NCBI RefSeq assembly: GCF_002113885.1
Contig: NW_018404070.1
Span: forward strand, 107,157 to 171,156
Direction: 5' to 3'
DNA: 64,000 bases
Origin: Mizuhopecten yessoensis
Taxonomy: Eukaryota
Of this stretch, positions 55,141-64,000 are shown piece after piece. The notes below the pieces were generated by a model that searched no databases, was not told where the DNA came from, and was given only the letters and a program-made list of their open reading frames with translations. Made by a program: the position numbers and the translations under genes. Positions within the stretch are counted from its first letter, which is position 1. Each line of letters starts with the position of its first letter.

Positions 55141-55677
55141 GTAAGTTTTAATATTGTTGGATCAACATCTAACCTTCCTACACAGCTTTTTGTTGAATCA
55201 ATGTAAGTTTTAGTATTCTTGGATCAACATCTTTCCTTCTTAAAAACCCAGGATCTTTGTAAGTTTTTTTTATCAAGGATCAATAATTAAGCTTTCTGAA
55301 GTAAAAGGCCAGCTGCCAGATGCGTGTAGGTTTTAGTACAATGAATCAACACCTCACCTACCTGTATTACAAGGCCTTCCACCAGATGAGTTAAAGTTTT
55401 GATGGATCAACATCTGACCTTCTAGAAAGCCTTTTGCTGGATCAAAGACTACAGCTTAAATATGCTAAAACATTGTTATACTGCCACCATTTGTCCTCAG
55501 AAAATGTTTGGCATTATAAAGGGGTTTGGTGATAATGGAGGGTGACATTGAGTTATTAAAAAAACAAAAGGAAGACCTTTGATTAAAGGTATGTTAGTGG
55601 TAAACGAGGTAGGTTTTATATTTGGGTTATACTGAACCCATTGTCATGTTATACATCTATCAACAATACTGGCTTTA

Positions 55678-57893
55678 TTAGGTCACCTGAGACAAAGTCT
55701 CAGGTGACCTATTGCGATCGCCTTTTGTCCGGCGGCGGCCGGCTGCCGTCATGCGTCCGTAAACAATTTACATTTTCGCCTTCTCCAAAACCCCTGAACC
55801 ACTTTCAATGAAATTTTGCAGAAACCTACCAAGGTCAACAAAATTAGGGGAGGATATGGTCCCCAGCCCCCAGTTGACCCTGGGGTCTCACGTTTCCCCC
55901 CAGGGAGGTGGTAAACTTTACTATAGTTTATATAGGGAAATCACATTTTGGACCAACATTTGTTTTATTTCCATTGGAAGTAATTCAATTTGGGTTAGCA
56001 TTATCAGTATTAGGTAGCAGTTTGATAGTATGCACATATCAGCCCTGACTGACCCCCAGGGGCTGATGGGTGGGGCCAAAAAGGGTTGAATTGACTGAAA
56101 TTTCAGAAATCTTCTTCTCAAGACCCAGATATGGTAGAATCAAATACTCTTCATAGATGGAAGGGTCTTTAGGTGCTTTTCCAAAATTGTGAATTGCTTG
56201 ACCTTGGGGTCTCACGTTTCCCCCTGGGGAGGGGGTATACCAACTTTACTATAGTTTATATAGGGAAATCACATTTTGGACCAACATTTGTTTTATTTCC
56301 ATTGGAAGTAATTCAATTTGGGTTAGCATTATCAGTATTAGGTAGCAGTTTGATAGTATGCACATATCAGCCCTGACTGACCCCCAGGGACTGATGGGTG
56401 GGGCCAAAAAGGGTTGTATTGACGGAAATTTCAAAAATCTTCTTCTCAAAGACCCAGATTTGGTAGAATCAAACACTCCTCATAGATGGAAGGGTCTTAA
56501 GGTTTATTAAATTTATTATGGTTTATAATGGCAAATGATACTTTGAATATTACATGTTAATAACTTGATTGGAATTATAACCCTGAGTTGACAGTTTGAT
56601 GCTGTGAAAATTTTGAGCCAGCCCTACCTCCAAGGGCTGTAGGGTGGGGCCCAAAGGAGTCAGTCCCTCTGTCCGGCGTCAACTTTTTGCTTTAAACAAC
56701 TTCTTCTCAATAACCAAAAGGCCTAGGAAGATGATATTTGGCCAGTAGCATGCTGGGATCAAGGGCTACCAAGTTTATTCAAATAAATGACCTTGACCCA
56801 CTTTCAAGGTCACAGGGGTCAAATATGTTAAAATCTTCAAACAACTTCTTCTCAATAACCAAAAGGCCCAGGGTACTGATATTGGGCCTGTAGCATGCTG
56901 GGATGAAGGACTATCAAGTTTGTTCAACTGAATGACCTTGACCAACTTTCAAGGTCACAGGGGTCAAATGTCGTAAAATCTTCAAGCGACTTCTTTTCAA
57001 TAAGCAAAAGGGCCAGGGTACTGAAATTGGGCCTGTAGCATGCTGGGATGAAGGATTACCAAGTTAGTTCAAATGAATGACCTTGACCAACTTTCAAAGG
57101 TCAAAGGGGTCAAATGTCTTAAAATCTTCAAACGACTTCTTCTCAATAACCAAAAGGCCCAGGGTACTGATATTGGGCCTGTAGCATGCTGGGATGAAGG
57201 GCTACCAAGTTTGTTTAAATGAATGACATTGACCCACTTTCAAGGTCACAGGGGTCAAATGTCTTAAAATCTTCAAACAACTTCTTCTCAATAACCAAAA
57301 GGCCCAGGGTACTGATATTGGGCCTGTAGCATGCTGGGATGAAGGGCTACCAAGTTTGTTCAAATGAATGACCTTGACCCACTTTCAAGGTCACTGGGGT
57401 CAGATGTCTTAAAATCTTCAAACAACTTCTTCTCAATAACCAAAAGGCCCAGGGTACTGATATTGGGCCTGTAGCATGCTGGGATGAAGGACTTTCAAGT
57501 TTGTTCAACTGAATGAACTTGACCAACTTTCAAGGTCACAGGGTCAAATGTCGTAAAATTTTCAAGCGACTTCTTTTCAATAAGCAAAAGGGCCAGGGTA
57601 CTGAAATTGGGCCTGTAGCATGCTCGGATGAAGGACTACCATGTTAGTTCAAATGAATGACCTTGATCCACTTTCAACCTAATGTCCTTGTTCAACAATC
57701 AAGGTCAGAGGCGTCATATGTTTAAATCTTTTAATTGGTTCTTTTGAAGATTAATAACAGGTGAGCGATGCAGGCCAATTGGGCCTCTTGTTGTTTTTTG
57801 TCACTTTGAATAATATTTCTGTTCATGTTAAAAACAAATTCAACTCTCTGTATAAATATATCAGGTGACCGTTAAGGCCCATGGGCCTCTTGT
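55678..57893 (+). mobile_element. HINE family A copy containing a nested family B element
   Basis: Perfect 5' hairpin aggtcacctgagac-aaa-gtctcaggtgacct and the family A 3' end at 57862-57893. Confidence 0.92.
56665..57792 (+). mobile_element. Nested HINE family B element, 5'-truncated, about seven 145-bp tandem units
   Basis: Period 145 (56697, 56842 ... 57278, 57423). Own 3' end caggtgagcgatgc-aggccaattgggcct-cttgtt. Confidence 0.9.
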
Positions 57894-59040
57894 ATCCGAT
57901 TATACTGAACCCATCTCAGCTGAATGGCTCATTAATAGTAGGAACCTTACTTGAGTGTACTGTCATGTTATAATCAGCTATAAAATAGAAAATGTAATGA
58001 TTGAATAACATGTTGTTGTGTCAGTAACATGGCAGTAGGTTTACAGCCATATTTACCAAGATCTGTAGACATAGTTTTAAAACGTTGCTCGGCTGACGTC
58101 ATGTTTTTGTTAATTGTCTTATTGTCATTATAGCCACTAACAACAGTATCTGGTCTGCTTTTATGTGCACTTTGGAAAATGATTCATTTTAGTGCTTTGT
58201 GCGTCATTAAAATCATGTTGAAAAGCTGGAATGTGGAAATTGATTGTACAAATGATGTTAATGTGTGGAGTTATGTGTACACATTTGTTTGTCCCATGTC
58301 GTACAATACCGATAGCCTCACCTTCACCCACCTTTACCCATTAAACGATCAATATCTGTGTGTTTACAAAATAATCCAGTCTTTTGTCTTGGTCAAAATG
58401 TATCAGTGTTCGACTGTTAACGATGTGGTTGTAAAATAATGTGATACATGAAGTAAATTGTTTTCATAAATTGGTGTTTTGAATGTATAAGGTCTCTGTT
58501 TATGACTGTTACCTGGTACGATCAGATAAATTGTAAAAATATATTGATACATTTGTGAGTGAATAGTAAGAATTTTTTTTCTCTGCTTCATTAATTTCAT
58601 CAGGTGACATATACTATTTATAATTTGTGTGGTTGTTTACAAGGATAGCCACTTGTATCAATAACATAGGGTTTCTTTTTAGAAAGTTCCCATTGAATCC
58701 AGGCATGGATGGAAACATTGTAAAGGGACGAAATAGTCAAGTTCTGAAACTTGAAACTTGATGGTTCAAGGAAAATATTACCATTACTTGAGCGTTAATG
58801 ATTTGTAATGAAAATAATAAATATGACTTAATATTTAGGTCAGTAGCAATGAGTTCTGTTGTACAGTGAAACCTGTCTAATCTGACACCCTGTGGGACAC
58901 AACAAAATGGTCAGACTACCTGTCTTATCTGGGACCCTGTGAGACAAACCATTGGTCAGGTTAACCTATCTAATCTGACACCCTGTGGGACACATGTTGG
59001 TCAGATTAACCTGTCTAATCTGACACCCTGTGAGACACAA

Positions 59041-59390
59041 TAATAATAATAATAGTTTGAGATTCTTATATACCGCTTTATCACAACCTAGTTTGTAGGT
59101 CGTCTCAAAGCGGTTCACAAATTATTATGTGTGGTTATATGGCCTTTGCAACCAGCCAACATCTTTCTCGACTCCCACAGGAGCATACAGCCGGTGCTGC
59201 CATTTCGGCGCTCACAGCTAGCATGAATTCAACAATTCTAGCTCTGCCCAACCACATACTCATTTACAGCTGAGTAGACTGGAACAAGCTGAGTAAAGTA
59301 TCTTGCTCAAAGATACAACACAGTGCCATTCTGTGACTCTAACCAGCAACCCTTTGGCCCGGTGTCCTACCACTAGACTTCCGTGCCTCC
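59041..59390 (-). mobile_element. Full-length CORE-like tRNA SINE with L2-like 3' tail
   Basis: Reverse strand shows head ggaggcacggaagtctagtggtaggac, gtatctttgagcaagatactt and tail agcggtatataagaatc..(tta)n. Matches 33603-33820. Confidence 0.8.
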
Positions 59391-59550
59391 TAACACACAA
59401 CATATTGATCGGATTAACCTATTAAATCTGACCCCTTATGGTAGACAAAAAATTGGTTAAATTAACCTGTCTAATCTGAGACCCTGTAGGTCACAACATA
59501 TTGGTAAGAAAAGGCCAAATATTGAAATACACTGGTCTTATTTAGTGGTT

Positions 59551-60076
59551 TTGTGTCGCCTACGACAGATGTCGGAAAGACACATAGGCGTTGCTTTTCC
59601 GACGGCGGTGTCAACAATGTTAAGGTTTTGCGTTTAGCTCTGTTTCTGACAAGGCTACACCAACAAAACCTCGATCATAGATGAAGCATGGGTAGTGGAG
59701 CCTACTGCATTAAACACATTTCATTGATTTCTGCAATTTTTTGGTAAAAACCTCAAATTTCTGGACATAGAAAAAAACTCCAAGTTAAGGTTTTGCGTTT
59801 AGCTCTTGCATATTAGGCTCTTTCTGACAAAATATAAGAGCTATACACCAACCAAACCTCAATCATACATGTATCATGGGTAGTAGAGCCTACCACTCTA
59901 AAAATATTTCATGGATTTTTGCACTTTTTCGGATAAAAACCTGAAATTTCTGGACTTTAAAAAAAAGCAATGTTATGATTTTGCGTTTAGGTCGGTTTCC
60001 TTATGTCCTATGTCAAATGCTTATTATATTGACAAAGCGGGACAGGCGACAAATATAATTACGCGTAATTCTTGTT
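59551..60076 (+). mobile_element. HINE-like element, family D
   Basis: Sub-TIRs tgtcgcct...aggcgaca, internal repeats starting gttaaggttttgcgtttag, 3' palindrome aattacgcgtaatt, terminus cttgtt. Confidence 0.75.
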
Positions 60077-60103
60077 ATAAGAAATAGGATTATACAGCTT
60101 GAT

Positions 60104-60266
60104 ATCAAAGGTTTACTTTTTACACAAACAATGTACGTAGTAAATGTGTAGCAACGTATCAAGACCAACTGGTCCCTTTGTCAAGCTATCAACGGGACCA
60201 GTCGGTCTTGAAACGTTGCGACGCGCTTAATATGTACATTGTTTGTGTAAAAAGTAAAACTTTGAT
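60104..60266. repeat. ~163-bp imperfect palindrome, Penelope-like terminal remnant or MITE
   Basis: Arms atcaaaggtttactttttacacaaacaatgtac...caagaccaactggtccc and gggaccagtcggtcttg...gtacattgtttgtgtaaaaagtaaaactttgat. Confidence 0.85.
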
Positions 60267-60534
60267 TTTACATATTTCCAAACTGATGAATCTTATTGAA
60301 GATAGGATTACAGCTTTATATTTGATCAAACAGGACAGAATACTTAAGTATTAGATTAGACAGATTTTACTATAATGATTAGTACCAAGACCAAAATAAT
60401 ATTGTGGCATTTCTTAAAATGTGGTTTCCATCATTCCTTAAAATGTGATTTATGATTAAGTCAAGCTTTTGTGGGAAAATTGTTTCCTTTGTCAAATGTG
60501 GTGATTTGTTGAAACTTTGTGGAAACTTTTCCAG

Positions 60535-60708
60535 TTTACCGACTTTAAAAACTATGCAGTGACGGCCTCCCTGAAAGACAACCCCAAACTGGAGCGATCC
60601 ATTGCCCTGTTCAACGGTCTGTCGCAGTGGATCCAGTGTATGGTCCTTAGCAAGACAACGCCTCAACAGCGAGCAGACGTCATCGTCAAGTTTGTCAACG
60701 TCGCTAAG
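60535..60708 (+). CDS. RASGRP: RasGRP exon, CDC25 domain
   Basis: Acceptor tttccag|. Reads [58 protein letters not shown]. Donor |gtaact. Confidence 0.97.
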
Positions 60709-60839
60709 GTAACTCTTTTGTGATTGCTTCTGTTTAGAAAGAAAATGCAGGAAGTCTTTCAGTTTTGTACAGCATTCTAACATTGATCCATTGACAGTCT
60801 GATCAGATCCTACCATCATAACATTGTTTAGTTGGCTTC

Positions 60840-62076
60840 AAATGTGGTTCCCGTCATTTCTTAAAATGTGGTTACCATCATTCCTTAAAGGTTGTAACCA
60901 TCATTCCTTAAAGGTGGTTACCATCATTCCTTAAGATGTGGTTACCATCATTCCTTAAAGGTGGTAACCATTATTCCGTAAAGGTGGTTACCATCATTCC
61001 TTTAAATGTGGTTTCCATAATTCCTTAAAGGAAGGTTATACCATCATTCCTTAAAGTTGGTTACCATCATTCCTTAAGATGTTGTTTCCATCATTCCTTA
61101 AGATGTGGTTTCCATCATTCCTTAAAGGAAGGTTATACCATCATTCCCTAAAGGTGGTTACCATCATTCCTTAAGATGTTGTTTCCATCATTCCTTAAGA
61201 TGTGGTTTCCATCATTCCTTTTAATGTGGTTACCATCATTCCTTAAGATATGGTTTCCATCATTCCTTAAAGGTGGTTACCAATATTCTTTAAAATGTTG
61301 TTTCCATCATTCCTTAAGATGGGGTTTCCATCATTCCTTAAGATGTGGTTACCATCATTCCGTAAAGGTGGTTACCATTATTCCGTAAAGGTGGTTACCA
61401 TCATTCCTTTAAATGTGGTTTCCATCATTCCTTAATATGTGGTTTCCATCATTCCTTAAAGGAAGGTTATACCATCATTCCTTAAAGTTGGTTACCATCA
61501 TTCCTTAAGATGTTGTTTCCATCATTCCTTAAGATGTGGTTTCCATCATTCCTTTTAATGTGGTTACCATCATTCCTTAAGATATGGTTTCCATCATTCC
61601 TTAAAGGTGGTTACCAATATTCTTTAAAATGTTGTTTCCATCATTCCTTAAGATGGGGTTTCCATCATTCCTTAAGATGTGGTTACCATCATTCCTTAGA
61701 GGTGGTTACCATTATTCCGTAAAGGTGGTTACCATCATTCCTTTAAATGTGGTTTCCATCATTCCTTAAAGGAAGGTTATACCATCATTCCTTAAAGGTG
61801 GTTACCATCATTCCTTAAAGGTGGTAACCATCATTCCTTAAAGGTGGTTACCTTCATTCCTTAAATGTGGTTACCATCATTCCTTAAATGTGGTAACCAT
61901 CATTCCTTAAATGTGGTTACCATCATTCCTTTAAATGTGGTTTCCATCATTCCTTAAAGGAAGGTTATACCATCATTCCTTAAAGGTGGTTACCATCATT
62001 CCTTAAGATGTTGTTTCCATCATTCCTTAAGATGTGGTTTCCATCATTCCTTAAAGGAAGGTTATACCATCATTCA
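60840..62076. repeat. 22/23-bp minisatellite with a 334-bp higher-order duplication
   Basis: Unit gtggttaccatcattccttaaag. Near-identical blocks at 61176 and 61510. Two stray units also lie upstream of the exon at ~60405-60447. Confidence 0.95.
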
Positions 62077-62185
62077 CAGTTTGTCAAGAACTTTAACTTC
62101 TTGTTCCTGTTTTAGGTTGCTATGAGAAATGTTTCCATTTGTTGTGATTTCAATATTGTTTATTCCTTTTGTCATTTTGTTGTAG

Positions 62186-62302
62186 AAACTAAGGATTTTA
62201 CAAAACTTCAACACATTGATGTCCGTTGTTGGCGGTCTGACACACAGTGCCCTGGCCAGACTAGCAAAGACCAATGCCTGCATTCCCAGTGAAACTCAAA
62301 AG
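62186..62302 (+). CDS. RASGRP: RasGRP exon, CDC25 domain
   Basis: Acceptor ttgtag|. Reads [39 protein letters not shown], with the CDC25 motif LQNFNTLM. Donor |gtgaga. Confidence 0.96.
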
Positions 62303-62937
62303 GTGAGACCATGGGAATCCACATTGTCATGGTAACAACTTGAAACCCTGTGGTAGGAACATTTGGTAGAGTGATGTGCCAGAAAGTCTTCTGTATACAG
62401 AAATATTTTTGCATTACATTTTTATTCACTGATAAACTGATTTTTTTTCTTCTAATTTTCTTGATCATGGCAATAAGAACCGACTCACCAGGACCATTTG
62501 TGGCTACTTTATGTTATATTTTCATGTTTACAAATGATTTTCTTGATGCAAACCTTCACACTTTGGTCAGGCTTGGCAGTATTTGTAAACTGGGATGTTT
62601 AAAGTTGTCCTTTTACTTGCTGTGCTTATATTCCCGGTTACTGTCAAATAATCACATATATGGATACCATTGATATAACATTCTCCTAGATCATTGATGA
62701 ATGAGGGATTTGATACGTATGTATATCTAAGTTGAAGTCCCATTCATACGAATAACATTTTCAGCTTAATTTCACAATAACAATCTCAGATATCCTTAAT
62801 ATCTCAAGTTGTGAAGTCACCTGGTAGGGGATTGCATAGTGTTTTTACATTCAGGCCTCAAATACCTCATTTATCAATTATATCATATATCAGTTGATTG
62901 GAGTATTATGTTAATGTTACCTATATCTGACTATTAA

Positions 62938-63020
62938 CCCTTTCACCACTGTAAACTGTAATGGACACATCCAGATCAATGTATGGTAGCGTCTACTAAA
63001 GTTACATAGGATTGAACGGG
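62938..63020. mobile_element. 83-bp piggyBac-like MITE, copy 2
   Basis: TTAA-ccctttcaccactgtaa...ttacataggattgaacggg-TTAA. Confidence 0.7.
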
Positions 63021-63082
63021 TTAAATCAATCTGTCAATTAGAATAAAATCAATGAATGCAATCTTTTTATTTTTATTTTCAG

Positions 63083-63180
63083 ACTTTGATGGAATTCACA
63101 GAACTTTTATCATCCAATAACAACTTTAGTAATTACAGGAAGGTGTTTAACCAGTGTTGTCACTTTAAAATTCCAATATT
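63083..63180 (+). CDS. RASGRP: RasGRP exon, CDC25 domain; gene continues beyond the window
   Basis: Acceptor ttttcag|. Reads TLMEFTELLSSNNNFSNYRKVFNQCCHFKIPI(L). Donor |gtgagt. Confidence 0.95.
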
Positions 63181-63689
63181 GTGAGTATAAATACTGGGAC
63201 AACAAGAGTTGTTTCCCTTCTGTACTGTCTTTCGACCTGTCAGCAATTGTCTCCCTTTGGACCTAATGTCAAGTATGAATAAAGAAAAAATACCGTTTGG
63301 ATCATCTAAGCACTGTTACTCTTGCAGTATAAACATTTTGTTTCAAAACAAATAGCACTTGCTTTACATTTCACCCTGTTTACCATATGTGTATAATGTC
63401 TACGAAAAGATTGTGATTCTAATTAATTATTGCTTGTGTATGCCTCAGTGGTGAACATCTATATAATTGATAACTAGCTTGGTGAGAGGAATTTCGTGAT
63501 AGCTTTTAGCACTAAAACAATGGACTAAATATCTTTTGACCAAATTTAAAACTTAGTGAGCAAACCTTTAGAATTTATACCCTTTACAATTCACACCAAT
63601 ATAGGGCCTCAATTAGACCTCTGTATGGTTCATTTATACACAATATATCATCAGCACACACACAGGCATACACACTTTGGGAGATATTA

Positions 63690-64000
63690 GCCCTGTTGCA
63701 TGATCATAAGAGGCGACTAAATTTGGGATCTTATCTTTTCTCTTCTTTCTAAACAACTTTCTTCTTCCTAATGTCTCCCTTGACAATGCCTCACTTTTGG
63801 CCTTTAGTTGAGCGTTCGCCCCTGTGAGGAAGGCTTTGGGTTCTGTCCCTTGGCCGAGACATACCAGAGTCTGTAAAAATTGTAGTTTCTACGCGACCGG
63901 ATGGGGTGTCCTGCTGGTTGTCTTCGGCAGTATGTTTCAGTGTGGTAGCACTAAAAGGTCGGCATCAGTTCTACGCTATCGTGCTAAAACGAACATATCA
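63690..64000 (+). mobile_element. Meta-type SINE-related sequence, partial
   Basis: cctgttgcatgatcataagaggcgactaa (RTE-like/MetaSINE tail motif), then a degenerate tRNA head and Meta-domain-like ggccgagacataccagagtctgtaaaaattgtagt. Family assignment is from recalled consensus. Confidence 0.55.

Larger units (their letters stand above)
58864..60371. mobile_element. pogo/Tigger-like non-autonomous element with TIR-derived tandem repeats, hosting three nested insertions
   Basis: Left end ta-cagtgaaacctgtctaatctga; right end (reverse complement) ta-tagtaaaatctgtctaatctaa. Internal ~47-bp repeats aacctgtctaatctgacaccctgtg. Confidence 0.6.

Noticed and set aside
35792-56476. Recurrent near-identical ORFs (MRRRFLKFQSIQPFLAPP..., MILPYLGLEK...)
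   Set aside because: Translations of the internal repeat of HINE family A copies, not a gene family.
60379-60819. 146-aa minus-strand ORF (and the 83-aa ORF at 50490-50741)
   Set aside because: Antisense shadows of RasGRP coding exons.

Overview
AT-rich, repeat-dense animal genomic DNA. The repeat repertoire (Helentron-like HINE elements, V-/CORE-/Meta-type tRNA-SINEs) suggests a mollusc or other lophotrochozoan, which is an inference. The window holds the 5' part of one + strand gene, a RAS guanyl-releasing protein (RasGRP/CalDAG-GEF family). Eight coding exons at 43273-63180 splice in frame into the REM and CDC25 GEF domains, and the gene continues past the window end. The intron at 46773-50665 is a U12-type (minor spliceosome) GT-AG intron. 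The exon after it, missed by the ORF track, adds a Cys/His-rich ~17-aa insert to the REM domain. At least three ATG-initiated, phase-compatible candidate first exons lie across the upstream 41 kb. The rest is intronic or intergenic: about 15 mini/satellite arrays (some with higher-order structure), four HINE-like families (one nested in another), Tc2-like, pogo-like and piggyBac-like non-autonomous DNA elements, a decayed DIRS retrotransposon, SINEs and a Penelope-like palindrome. All long low-complexity ORFs in the track are repeat artefacts. I found no CRISPR array or prokaryote-type system, and nothing I can support as a wholly new biological system; the best novelty candidates concern the RasGRP gene itself.
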